From an uncultured virus (IMG/VR IMGVR_UViG_3300005264_001596) (Duplodnaviria; Heunggongvirae; Uroviricota; Caudoviricetes), in IMG/VR virus record IMGVR_UViG_3300005264_001596: a DNA stretch of 64,000 bases; one strand, written 5' to 3'. The notes beneath the pieces were generated by a model. It was not told where the DNA came from. It searched no databases and saw nothing but the letters and a program-made list of their open reading frames with translations. This document shows, piece by piece, positions 20,993 to 31,319 of this stretch (its first letter is position 1; each line of letters starts with the position of its first letter). The position numbers were made by a program, and so were the translations under genes.

Positions 20993-22207
20993 ATGGATAA
21001 AACATATTTATATATGCCATCAGTTAATCATCTGCTTGGTAATGCAATTCAAAATATGACAGATCATTTTTTAAGTAATTTTCCAAAAAATTATTTTAAT
21101 GATATTAGAGTTACAACAAAGTTACCATTTGCAGAAGTACGAGATTTTAAAAAATCTATAACTGCTAGAGAAAAACCATTTTTAGTAGTACATCCAATAG
21201 TAGATTTAAATGAAGAGTCAGATTTATTTCCATACTCCATTGATCAATGGTCAAACCCTACACATATCGAAAATGGATTTGCTATAAATTTAAATAATAT
21301 GTACGGATTTATAAAAGCTAATACATTTAATGCATATGTTAAAGTTAGACGAATGAAATTAAGAATTGAGTTTCATATCTTTTTAGATGATAAATCGTCA
21401 CAATATAGTTTACAGAACTATTTATTAGGTCAGATTAAACATGGTTTACCTTATACAATAGAAAAATATATGATGAATAATATACCAAATAATGTACTTT
21501 CTACAATTACTAAATTAGAGGGTGAAGAATGGACTGGTAAGATATCAGATAATATATTTTCTATAATAAAAGATAATTCTACTATATCTATGACTAAAGT
21601 TTTAAGAGGTGGCAGTGGTTTAGAGGAAATCTTTACAGTAAACAAAGAATCTATGACAGTTAGATACGATCAATCACCTCAACTTGAAAATAAACAAGTT
21701 GGTAAATTGAATTATAATTATAGTGTTGTTGAAACTGTTGATATTGAATTTAGCGGAATAAACAGATTTATGTTATTTCCTAAAATTGATGCTAATATTG
21801 TTATTCCACCAGAAAATAGTGAAAATGATATGACTTTAGTTTATACATCTATTTATGATGGAGCTATTCCAGATACTAGAAATGGAAAGAAAATTTATTT
21901 ACAATTTAAATTCACATTGCTCGGACCTGATGATAATAAATTAAAACTTTTAGAACTTATTGATAGTTATAAATTATCAAATTTATATAATACAATAACT
22001 GAATTTGAAACAGAAGGAAATTCATTAGACTTTCTTGAGATTGTTATTATTAAAAAAGGTGAAGATGAAATACCAAGTACATTTAATAATTCAATTGTTA
22101 CAATTGATAGTGAATATATTACAGATTTAGCAACTTATGAATTCTTTATGTATGTAGATTATGATTTCATTAATACTTATATTGGAAATAAAACTAAATT
22201 ATATTAA
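20993..22207 (+). CDS. putative virion structural protein
   Basis: AACA motif at 20963 and AGGAGG RBS; 404 aa. Confidence 0.5.
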   Translation: MDKTYLYMPSVNHLLGNAIQNMTDHFLSNFPKNYFNDIRVTTKLPFAEVRDFKKSITAREKPFLVVHPIVDLNEESDLFPYSIDQWSNPTHIENGFAINLNNMYGFIKANTFNAYVKVRRMKLRIEFHIFLDDKSSQYSLQNYLLGQIKHGLPYTIEKYMMNNIPNNVLSTITKLEGEEWTGKISDNIFSIIKDNSTISMTKVLRGGSGLEEIFTVNKESMTVRYDQSPQLENKQVGKLNYNYSVVETVDIEFSGINRFMLFPKIDANIVIPPENSENDMTLVYTSIYDGAIPDTRNGKKIYLQFKFTLLGPDDNKLKLLELIDSYKLSNLYNTITEFETEGNSLDFLEIVIIKKGEDEIPSTFNNSIVTIDSEYITDLATYEFFMYVDYDFINTYIGNKTKLY

Positions 22208-22213
22208 ACGAAT

Positions 22214-22246
22214 AATAATAGTAGAGGGATTTCCTCTACTATTATT
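22214..22246. terminator. bidirectional terminator
   Basis: AATAATAGTAGAGG/CCTCTACTATTATT inverted repeat between convergent genes. Confidence 0.8.
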
Positions 22247-22250
22247 TTTT

Positions 22251-22563
22251 TTATTTTATTAAATTTGATTCATCATAAATTACTTTATGAATACTACTTT
22301 GAGTTAAAACTTCATTTGATGTTGGAACATCTTGTAAAATATTAAACTCAATTAATTTATCTTCAATTATATATAATAATCTAACAACATCTATCATTTT
22401 TAATAATTCTTTTTCAGATTCTGTAAAAACTTCTGAAGTTTCTACAAACTCAAAAAATAATTTAGATATATATACATAAGCTGATTCTCTACCCTCTACA
22501 GATAACCCCAACTGTTAAAAAAATCATAATTACCAATAAACTTACTAGTGCTTGTAATGACAT
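22251..22563 (-). CDS. small membrane protein, apparently frameshifted at a G4 run (~22506-22509)
   Basis: RBS-led MSLQALVSLLVIMIFLTVG(VICRG*) joins GLSVEGRESAY... if one G is removed. Confidence 0.45.
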
Positions 22564-22576
22564 AATATTCCTCCTT

Positions 22577-22939
22577 TTACTCTCTAAATTCCTCAGATTC
22601 ATTATTGACTGAAGTTTCATAACTATTATCGTATGATGTTTCTGAATTAGTTACATCATTTAAAATATCATTTGCAATTTTACTTACATTTTTATTTAAT
22701 ATAGATACTGCAAATTTTGTACCATAAAAATAAGTAATAACAATTAACAATAATCTTGCGTAATTTACGAACACCATTTTAATTAATTCTATAATATCTG
22801 TATCTGAAAATGATTTTGTAAAATAAGCATGAAAAATCATAAATAAAATTAAGCTTGTGATAATAGTAGTGATAGACATAATTGATATAAATGCAACATC
22901 TTTAGCAGTTACACCATCTTTGTCATTTAAAAAATTCAT
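22577..22939 (-). CDS. holin-like membrane protein
   Basis: Two TM segments and a charged C-terminus; AACA-N6-TA upstream. Confidence 0.45.
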   Translation of the reverse strand: MNFLNDKDGVTAKDVAFISIMSITTIITSLILFMIFHAYFTKSFSDTDIIELIKMVFVNYARLLLIVITYFYGTKFAVSILNKNVSKIANDILNDVTNSETSYDNSYETSVNNESEEFRE

Positions 22940-23014
22940 TAGTCAACCCTCCTTTCATATATAATAATGTTAGATATACCAGTACTATCATTTAACAATA
23001 TTATATAATAAAAA

Positions 23015-23479
23015 ATGGAGGTGGTCGCATTGAATCCAATAAGTGCAAATAGTAATATAGATACAATATTTGAGTTTATCAATAAATTTTCAGATACTTT
23101 AGGATTGCCAATTACACTATTAATTATTTTTTTAATATTAACTGTAATTTATGTTATGCCAAAAATAGTTTCATATGGATTTAATATAAAAACAAAACAG
23201 TCACAAGTATTAGAAGATGTAGTTGTATATATTGCTAAAAGTAGTGAAACTTATGATACTTTATCTAAATCAGCTGATAGATTAAATAATGAGTTAGTTC
23301 AAATGTCAAAAGAGGTAAATGAAGCTCATAGTAATAATGAAATTTATTTAAAAAATTTAACAAATTATGTAAATGAATTAAAGCAATTGATAAACGATGG
23401 TAATGAAAAAACATCTAATCTATCATCTAGATTAGATGGAGCATTAGATATTCTTAAAAATAATGGGAGGGGGAACTAA
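23015..23479 (+). CDS. membrane-anchored coiled-coil protein (holin/lysis-associated?)
   Basis: TM segment LGLPITLLIIFLILTVIYV followed by a heptad-rich region. Confidence 0.5.
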   Translation: MEVVALNPISANSNIDTIFEFINKFSDTLGLPITLLIIFLILTVIYVMPKIVSYGFNIKTKQSQVLEDVVVYIAKSSETYDTLSKSADRLNNELVQMSKEVNEAHSNNEIYLKNLTNYVNELKQLINDGNEKTSNLSSRLDGALDILKNNGRGN

Positions 23480-23482
23480 ATA

Positions 23483-23746
23483 ATGAAAACTATATTATTA
23501 GTTACTCCGCTGATATCACAAATTAATGAATTAAATTATTCTGAATCTATGTTCATAGAATTACTTTCTTTGGTATTATCATTAATAATAGTGATAATAT
23601 TTATAATGACATTTATTACACTACGAGCCATTTTTAGAAAAATTGATGAAGACATACTTTTAAATAAGCATAATTTTGAAAAACAATTTAGAATTATTGA
23701 ATCTAATTATGGGACAATAAAAGAAAATATAGAGAAAAGGAAATGA
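23483..23746 (+). CDS. small membrane protein
   Basis: Single long TM segment. Confidence 0.55.
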   Translation: MKTILLVTPLISQINELNYSESMFIELLSLVLSLIIVIIFIMTFITLRAIFRKIDEDILLNKHNFEKQFRIIESNYGTIKENIEKRK

Positions 23747-23750
23747 TTAT

Positions 23751-24377
23751 ATGAATCACGTACAAACAACATTAATTGTAGCATTAATTATATTATATTT
23801 ATTATCGATAACAATGTCATATATTTATTATGTATCTTCAGATACTAATAGATATCGATTTAGATATTGGGGAATTGTATCATGGTTAAATATAATGCAA
23901 TTATTAATATACTCATATTGTGTATTAAGCGGAAATCAAGAAGTAAGTGTAATTAGATATTTATTATTTACATTAATTAACGTGTACTTATTAGAAATTT
24001 TTATGTATACATTTAAACATCGATCAAAAGAAATGGTCATACGTTTTATTTATATAATAATTTTATTATTATATTGGATATTAAATAATAATATTTTTAT
24101 ATTATTTGGAAATGCTGTTATATTAGCACATGTTAGTATGGTATACGGACCAGAATTAACAAAAAAACATTTTATGGTTACATTTTGGTTATATTCTATA
24201 TACATAATTATACCCAAAGCAATATATTTATATTTTCCAGATTTTAAATATAATTATTTAACAGAACTAATAACAGTATTTTTATATTCCTCACATTTAA
24301 CATATGGTATATATAAAATATATAAATCAGAAAATATTGAAGATGATTTTTTTAAAAACTTATTAAATAAAGCATAA
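23751..24377 (+). CDS. polytopic (about 7-TM) membrane protein
   Basis: Multiple hydrophobic segments; terminator at 24375-24395. Confidence 0.6.
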   Translation: MNHVQTTLIVALIILYLLSITMSYIYYVSSDTNRYRFRYWGIVSWLNIMQLLIYSYCVLSGNQEVSVIRYLLFTLINVYLLEIFMYTFKHRSKEMVIRFIYIIILLLYWILNNNIFILFGNAVILAHVSMVYGPELTKKHFMVTFWLYSIYIIIPKAIYLYFPDFKYNYLTELITVFLYSSHLTYGIYKIYKSENIEDDFFKNLLNKA

Positions 24378-24553
24378 AGGGATAATATCCCTTTATTTTC
24401 TTTCGAAAAATTATCTATATTGTGACATATTTTAAGTATATATTATAACTATGTAAGAAGTAGTAACATACATAAAATAATTGTTGGCTAGTGCCAACCC
24501 TTTTTTGGTGTATGTCAATAAAATAGAATAAAATAAAGAAAGGAGTTAACAAA

Positions 24554-26266
24554 TTGAAAAAATTTAATTTAGAAATAATGAAATATGCATCACAGAAAAA
24601 TAATTCTGAAAAGAATTTTTACTCTAAGATTGTAAATAGTAATATTACTGAAGCAATCTCAAGAAAGTCTATAAATCATCAAGATAGTGTACATTTATAT
24701 AATAAAATTGATGAATTGTATGACACCATTACACCAATGAAAAATATAATTCAAAATTTTGATTTGTATGAATCAGTTATTTGGAAATATTTTAATACTT
24801 TATTTCCAATAATAACAGTATTGAATATTACAAATGAAGATAATATGCCATTTGTAAGTACTGATGCTGTTGGTATAATAGTTGAAACAAAGAAAGATAT
24901 ATATTTATTAAATATACCATTCAATAAATGGCATAAGCTTATATTATCAAATAATAAAATTATATACACTACTACGTTGGAAATTGTTATTCATTCGTTA
25001 CAAAAATTTATAAAGAAAGATATACTATCTATAACACCATTCAAAATTATTAGAAAAGAAATAGAGATAGAATCTCAAACTAATAATATTTTGGAAACTG
25101 TAAAAGAATCAATAAAGAAACGACGAGTTGCAAAAGAAATTGCTATTCAAGTTTTCACAAAGTATAGTAATACTAATTCAAAAATCTTTAAGAAAATTAA
25201 AGATTGGAAACGCCTGAATCTATTCAAGATGAACTATGATTATTCACTTGGATATTCAGATAAAGTTCTAGGAGATAAACTCACACTTGGTTATGAAACC
25301 ACAAAAAGTGAGGTATCTGAAGAGAAGGATATTTTTAAATATCTCCTAGAACAAAAAGAAATACTTATTCATCGACCTTATCAAAAGTTTATTACACCTA
25401 AGGTTATTGAACAAGCTGCTAATGATCCTAACGTCATTAGTATAAAACAGTCTTTATACAGAGTTTCTAAAGATAGTAAAATTATCAAAGCTCTTATTAA
25501 AGCTGCAAAAAATGGAAAGGATGTTTTCTTAGTAATTGAACCAAGAGCAAGGTTCGATGAAGAGAATAATATCAAAGTGATAGAAACTCTTAGAAAATAT
25601 GGAGTTTCAGTTATACCAGGTATCATTAAATATAAAACTCATGCTAAGTTGTTGCAAATAACTAGTATAAAAAAAGGAAAGATATCAATATTAACAAATA
25701 TTTCAACTGGTAATTTTAATGAGAATACTGCAAAAACATATGAGGACTTTGACTTATTTACTAATTGTAATTTAGTCGGTCAAGAAGTTGCAAAGCTATT
25801 TGCTAGAATTGCTGGTATGAATATATCTTTTCAAGAGAATTATATAATTTCATCTCCAAATTCACAAAATAAAATTATTAATCTTATTAATAATTCTTCT
25901 AAGAAAATTGTTATCAAAGTAAATCATATTGGTGATAAAGAGATTATTTTAGCATTAGAAAATGCTAAGAAACGTGGAGTTGAAGTAATATTAATAGTTA
26001 GAACAACTAATGATATGGGTGATGGTATAATGGTGGTTGGTGATTATCTTGAACATAGTCGAATTTTCGTATTTGATGATATAATATATCTAGGTTCATC
26101 AGATTTACTATATCGAAATACACGAAGAAGATTTGAAGTAATTGTTGAGGTAAAAGAAGAAATAAATAAAAATAGAATAAAAGATTTATTAGCAATATAT
26201 CAAAATAATAAAAAATTTGATATACAAAAAAGAGTAAGTGATTATTACTTACAAAAAATAAAATAG
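24554..26266 (+). CDS. ppk1: polyphosphate kinase 1 (compact and divergent)
   Basis: LIHRPY, IKQSLYR, ARFDEENNI, KTHAK (phospho-His motif), STGNFN..TA..YED, KVN, LEHSRIF, SSDL..RN..RR.E; TTG start after AAGGAG. Confidence 0.9.
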   Translation: MKKFNLEIMKYASQKNNSEKNFYSKIVNSNITEAISRKSINHQDSVHLYNKIDELYDTITPMKNIIQNFDLYESVIWKYFNTLFPIITVLNITNEDNMPFVSTDAVGIIVETKKDIYLLNIPFNKWHKLILSNNKIIYTTTLEIVIHSLQKFIKKDILSITPFKIIRKEIEIESQTNNILETVKESIKKRRVAKEIAIQVFTKYSNTNSKIFKKIKDWKRLNLFKMNYDYSLGYSDKVLGDKLTLGYETTKSEVSEEKDIFKYLLEQKEILIHRPYQKFITPKVIEQAANDPNVISIKQSLYRVSKDSKIIKALIKAAKNGKDVFLVIEPRARFDEENNIKVIETLRKYGVSVIPGIIKYKTHAKLLQITSIKKGKISILTNISTGNFNENTAKTYEDFDLFTNCNLVGQEVAKLFARIAGMNISFQENYIISSPNSQNKIINLINNSSKKIVIKVNHIGDKEIILALENAKKRGVEVILIVRTTNDMGDGIMVVGDYLEHSRIFVFDDIIYLGSSDLLYRNTRRRFEVIVEVKEEINKNRIKDLLAIYQNNKKFDIQKRVSDYYLQKIK

Positions 26267-26498
26267 AATAAAAAAAGGAGAACATAATATGGATAATGAA
26301 TCTGTAGGCGGATAACAAGAGAAGGATATATCCTTCTCTTCTCTTTATTTTTTTTTTGATAAAATTACAGATATAATTCTGCCCTATTGGCAGAACTACA
26401 TCTTTATTTAATAGGAGTTTAAATGAAAAAAATAAGCAATAAAAAAGAGTTAAAACGGCATAATAATTTGTATTGTATACCATTTAATAAATGTTAAA

Positions 26499-28841
26499 CT
26501 ATCTTGTTCTAAAACGTGATGTTTTGTTTCTTGCTCCAGATAATAGAACTCGTTTTGATAATGTCTGAGATGCAGCTTCAAAATCTATAGTTTTAAGTTT
26601 TGATATTTCAGTACCAGTTCGAGAGTCTATAATTTTTTGTATTGATATAGTTTCCATTGGAAATTCTTTATTCTCTATAATTAAAGAATCTTGAAGATCT
26701 TCAACTATACTTGTTTTATTATATGGTGTTAATTCAGGATATGATGAAATTAAATTTTCAAAATATGTTCTATAACGATTATTTAAAAGATTTTTATAAA
26801 TAATATAATATCTTTCAAAATCTATATTAGCAGTATATATTTGAATTTTATTTGCATCTCTAGGAACTTCTACCTTATGAGTATTAAAAGTTTTTATATT
26901 ATTTATTAGTTTACCATTAGAAAATACCAAATAATATTTTGGTGAATATGGCGGATAATCAACAGGTAAATCAATTATATTATAACCTACTTGGTCAAAA
27001 CCTATAGCAGGTTCTTCTTTTGGTATATCAATTATACCTATATTACTTAATTTTCTATAATTAGTATCTAATAATAAATAACTTCCATTCTCTTGATAAG
27101 ATCTCATACTTACAACAGAACCAATTAAGTTTGAACCATGATAATTACGATTCTTTTTAACTGCTATAAGTGGATCAGTAAGTCCTATTTTATTTTGAAA
27201 TAAAAATAATTCTTGTCTATCAGTTAATGTATTATAATCGTCTATATCAAAATAAGGAAAATTTGTATTTACTTTTATTCTTGCTTTATAATTATTATTT
27301 GCAACTACATAAAATGGTTTTGTATTATCTTTAAACCCATTTATAATGATCTCAATGTAACCATCCATGATCTGATATAAATTTAAGATTTTGCATTCAT
27401 ACATTTTTTCATTCACGTAATTAAACACCTTTAGATTAGGTGAAACATCAACTGATGTTGTTTTAATTGTAAATATTAATTCTTCATTTGTAGGTTCATC
27501 ATTATATGTTAGTAAATTATCGAAAACTTCAAACTGTCTATTGAATGGTTGCTTATTAATAATAAGCAAATCTATAGTATCATTAGCTGTAAAATTAGAC
27601 TCTAACCAATACAAATAAATTGTATCATCTTTCTCATATATATAATCACCTAGATTAAATACCCCTTTAATAAATGGTGGAGTTAAATCTTTTATTTTCA
27701 TTGTCATATATCTACAATTTCCAGAAAATGTTTCTATATCTAATCCAGTATCAGAATTATCAGATTTTAATGGTAATGTGGTATGGTCAATATTTATTAA
27801 ATTATGACCATATAAACTATCCATTTTATTTTGTAGAAAATCTATATCATATTCATATAAAGAAAATATTAAATCTTGCATTTCTGAGTTACTCATATCA
27901 CTAAGATGCTTTGGATTAGTTACAGCTTGAATATAATTATATAATGGATAACCATTTGTTATCATATTAGTTGTATCTGGAAAATCTCGTTTATATAATT
28001 TATCACGAGTTCCTAATTCTCTATTATCAAATCCAAATATTAAAATAACATCATCTAATGATATACCTGTTGTTGCATCAATATATCCTATTTCAACTAA
28101 TTTACTATTAATATTTGTGAATGACGTTGTTAAATTTATATAATGGCAACCATATGCATTTTCTAAATATTCATTAGTACATATACAGTAATTAGTACCA
28201 TTTAATTCTTGTATATTATTAATAAATTCAGTTGAAATTAAATTTTTAAAATACATTATAAAAGTATCATTTGCATTATATGTGAAAGTAATATTATCAC
28301 CGTCATCAACATCAGGTATTAATTTTATAGGAACTCCTGATTGAATAAATAATAATTTATTAAATAATTTTTTAGCTATTGTGTTTGTAACAACTTCTCC
28401 AGTACCATAAGATTTATAAAGTAATAAACCTCTATCAATAGAATATATTTTAAAATTACTAATGGTAGGTTGATCAATTAACCCTGTTATAGTTAAATCA
28501 AAAGAATAATAACTTTCCATTTTAATAGTAATTGTTTTTGGATCTATAAATTTATCATTGTTTAAAAACATGAATCCTCTAAATCCATCTGTTGAATTCA
28601 TAAATTCATCTAATGTTGTTTCCGTTCCTTTAATTACAGACTCTAATATAGTTGGAACTAAATCATTATTAAAATGCATATTCACAGTCCAAGTACCTGC
28701 ATTATAAGTTTCTGTATATGAATGTGTAATTTCTGTAATACCATTAAATGGAAAAAAACTTAATGGAAACCTTTTTTGGATTTCCATTAAGTCAGAACGG
28801 TTAACTAGGTTAGATAATTGATTTTGCTTTATAACAGCCAT
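26499..28841 (-). CDS. putative virion structural protein
   Basis: 780 aa, N/Y/I-rich; VFSNGKLI-type beta motifs; AGGAGG RBS. Confidence 0.5.
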   Translation of the reverse strand: MAVIKQNQLSNLVNRSDLMEIQKRFPLSFFPFNGITEITHSYTETYNAGTWTVNMHFNNDLVPTILESVIKGTETTLDEFMNSTDGFRGFMFLNNDKFIDPKTITIKMESYYSFDLTITGLIDQPTISNFKIYSIDRGLLLYKSYGTGEVVTNTIAKKLFNKLLFIQSGVPIKLIPDVDDGDNITFTYNANDTFIMYFKNLISTEFINNIQELNGTNYCICTNEYLENAYGCHYINLTTSFTNINSKLVEIGYIDATTGISLDDVILIFGFDNRELGTRDKLYKRDFPDTTNMITNGYPLYNYIQAVTNPKHLSDMSNSEMQDLIFSLYEYDIDFLQNKMDSLYGHNLINIDHTTLPLKSDNSDTGLDIETFSGNCRYMTMKIKDLTPPFIKGVFNLGDYIYEKDDTIYLYWLESNFTANDTIDLLIINKQPFNRQFEVFDNLLTYNDEPTNEELIFTIKTTSVDVSPNLKVFNYVNEKMYECKILNLYQIMDGYIEIIINGFKDNTKPFYVVANNNYKARIKVNTNFPYFDIDDYNTLTDRQELFLFQNKIGLTDPLIAVKKNRNYHGSNLIGSVVSMRSYQENGSYLLLDTNYRKLSNIGIIDIPKEEPAIGFDQVGYNIIDLPVDYPPYSPKYYLVFSNGKLINNIKTFNTHKVEVPRDANKIQIYTANIDFERYYIIYKNLLNNRYRTYFENLISSYPELTPYNKTSIVEDLQDSLIIENKEFPMETISIQKIIDSRTGTEISKLKTIDFEAASQTLSKRVLLSGARNKTSRFRTR

Positions 28842-28866
28842 ATTATATACCTCCTAGTTATATAAA

Positions 28867-29823
28867 TTATATACTTTTTATTATTGATGTAAGTTGTCCC
28901 ATCAATCTATTAGTTGCACGACTATTCATCATTGGTTCAATATTATTACTTCTAAATAAATCCATTCGTCCTACACCTTTAAAATATACTAATGCAATAA
29001 CCATAAATAAAAAAGGTGGGTACTCTACAGCAAATCCAGAGATTTGTGCATATTTAGCATACCAACTAGAAACAAAGTTTTTCATTTCTAATCTAGAACC
29101 ATATTCTTTTGCAAATACAACTTTGATACCTGATAAAAATGATTCTAAATTATTATACCATTCTAATGAAAATTGATCATCAATTTCATTTAAATATACA
29201 GTATTAATTGAATTCATAAAATCATAATTTTTTAATAAACTTACTGTTTTCATTTCTTCTTCTTTTCTCTCATCTAATGATAATTGAGAAAGAATATAAA
29301 ATTTAGCAGAAAGATATTTTAAAGCATCCATTTTATTTTTATCAACTTTATTAATTTGGTTAAATACTTGACTCATCATATTTGCATATAGTCCTACTAA
29401 TGATTCATTCTTAAATAATAATTCAAGTTTATTATCAGCAAATGCAAGAGCTGTAAAACATATTGAATAGAATAATTTAGCATCTAAATTAATAACCATT
29501 CCACTTTCGTCTATCTCTGACATTTTTGTGATATTAACTATTGCTATTCCATTTTTAGTTTTTATAAAAGGAACACCCAATGGTGGAAGATACTTTTCAT
29601 TATATATCACTTGTATTCGTCCTGTTTCAATTGCCTTTATTACATTAAACTTAGCATCATTTTTAAAAGATCTTCTTTTAATTTCTTCAATAGTAAAATG
29701 TAGTTTTTCAGCATTTAACTTAATAGTGCCATTACCTTTAGTTAATATTTTTTTATATTTTTCTTCGATATCTTCAGCAATACTATAAATGGAAGTATCT
29801 TTTATTGATTTAAATTCTTTCAT
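28867..29823 (-). CDS. hypothetical protein (possibly structural)
   Basis: Start moved to 29823 (GAGGAG RBS); AACA motif at 29857-29860 on the minus strand. Confidence 0.6.
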   Translation of the reverse strand: MKEFKSIKDTSIYSIAEDIEEKYKKILTKGNGTIKLNAEKLHFTIEEIKRRSFKNDAKFNVIKAIETGRIQVIYNEKYLPPLGVPFIKTKNGIAIVNITKMSEIDESGMVINLDAKLFYSICFTALAFADNKLELLFKNESLVGLYANMMSQVFNQINKVDKNKMDALKYLSAKFYILSQLSLDERKEEEMKTVSLLKNYDFMNSINTVYLNEIDDQFSLEWYNNLESFLSGIKVVFAKEYGSRLEMKNFVSSWYAKYAQISGFAVEYPPFLFMVIALVYFKGVGRMDLFRSNNIEPMMNSRATNRLMGQLTSIIKSI

Positions 29824-29967
29824 GTTATTTCTCCTCTCGTATACACATTTATTCATTGTTTTAATATAAAATTTCATGTAAGTAATTTTAAAATATTATA
29901 TATAACTTAACATTTTTTTATAAGTATATATTATAATTTAGAAAATAAAATAGAGGAGGTTAATATA

Positions 29968-30132
29968 ATGAAAGAAAAGGAATATAAAGTTACGGATACT
30001 GGTGAATTTGATGAAATGTATGTTGAATTTTTTGATTGTCCTAATTGTAAAATAATGAAATGTATTACTCCGTCATATGTATATTGTCCTTATTGTGGAG
30101 CAAAATTAGATTGGGGAGATAAAAATGAATAA
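29968..30132 (+). CDS. 54-aa zinc-ribbon protein (not in the ORF track)
   Basis: GAGGAGG RBS; CPNC...YCPYCGAKLDW. Confidence 0.75.
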   Translation: MKEKEYKVTDTGEFDEMYVEFFDCPNCKIMKCITPSYVYCPYCGAKLDWGDKNE

Positions 30133-31312
30133 AAATATATTTAATCCAGATAAATTATTATATGGTATTTTAACTATTGCTGATATTCATTTAAATACAA
30201 AAAGGCTCAAAGCAAAACAAATAAAAAAAGAATTACAAAAGAACTTTATTGATGTTGCATTAAGAGTTCATTATTTAAAGGGTATCGTTGTAGCTGGTGA
30301 TATATTTCATGATAATGAATTATACCTTAATGATGATAATGCAAAGGTTGCTGCATGGTTATTTCATAAATTATATGAAATAGGTAAAGAACGAGGTATT
30401 TGGGTAAGAGTAATAAAAGGAACTGAAAGTCATGATTACAGTCAATTAGATATGTTTACATATTATGAAGATATGTATGATTTTAAAATTTATAATACAG
30501 TTGCAGTTGAAAAGATTGATAATTTAAATATGTTATTTATGCCAGAGGAATATGTAAAGAATCAAGATAAATATTATGATAAATATTTAAATGTTAATGA
30601 CGATACTTATGATTTTATATTTTTACATGGACTCGTTCGAGAAATGGAATTTCTACAACAAGATAATGAAAATTTTTCTAAAAAAGCAGCAATATTCGAT
30701 GTTGGTGATTTATGTAAAATATCATCAGGTCCTATTCTTGCTGGACATATACACACTCACACAGTTTTTAAACATCAATTTTATTATGTTGGATCATTTT
30801 CAAGATTCAGTCACGGTGAAGAAGAGGATAAAGGAATATTATATACTGTAATGACATTAGATACAAAAAAATATATTGTACTTCATTATAAAAATGATAT
30901 GGCAAAAATATACAGCAAATTAGTTTTAAATTATGATGATATTGATGAAATGGAATTAGATAAATTAATATTAAAAATAAATAAATTTAAAGAAGATCAT
31001 AAAGTAAGTTCTTTAGATTTACGATTACATTATATTGATTCAGATAGTTCTCATGCAAAAATATCAGGTATTGTAAAATATTATTCTGATAATAAAGAAG
31101 TAAAAATTAAGACTAAAATATCTACATTAAAATCTGCTAAACGTGATAAAGAATATCAAAAACGTCGTGATGATAATATATATTTAATTGATAAAACTCT
31201 AAGCTTTTATGAAAAGATTCAAAAATATATAAAAAAGAAAAAAGGTAAAAACATTCCAATAGACAAAATAGAAAAATATTTTAAACCTGTTAGTAAGAAA
31301 GGTGTGAGGTGA
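30125..31312 (+). CDS. sbcD: SbcD/Mre11-like metallophosphoesterase nuclease
   Basis: IADIH, AGDIFH, GTESHD, LHG, GHIH, YVGS. Confidence 0.85.
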   Translation: MNKNIFNPDKLLYGILTIADIHLNTKRLKAKQIKKELQKNFIDVALRVHYLKGIVVAGDIFHDNELYLNDDNAKVAAWLFHKLYEIGKERGIWVRVIKGTESHDYSQLDMFTYYEDMYDFKIYNTVAVEKIDNLNMLFMPEEYVKNQDKYYDKYLNVNDDTYDFIFLHGLVREMEFLQQDNENFSKKAAIFDVGDLCKISSGPILAGHIHTHTVFKHQFYYVGSFSRFSHGEEEDKGILYTVMTLDTKKYIVLHYKNDMAKIYSKLVLNYDDIDEMELDKLILKINKFKEDHKVSSLDLRLHYIDSDSSHAKISGIVKYYSDNKEVKIKTKISTLKSAKRDKEYQKRRDDNIYLIDKTLSFYEKIQKYIKKKKGKNIPIDKIEKYFKPVSKKGVR

Positions 31313-31319
31313 GACATTA

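Noticed and set aside
26007..26483. 158-aa minus-strand ORF
   Set aside because: Low-complexity F/Y/L translation overlapping ppk1 and terminator hairpins
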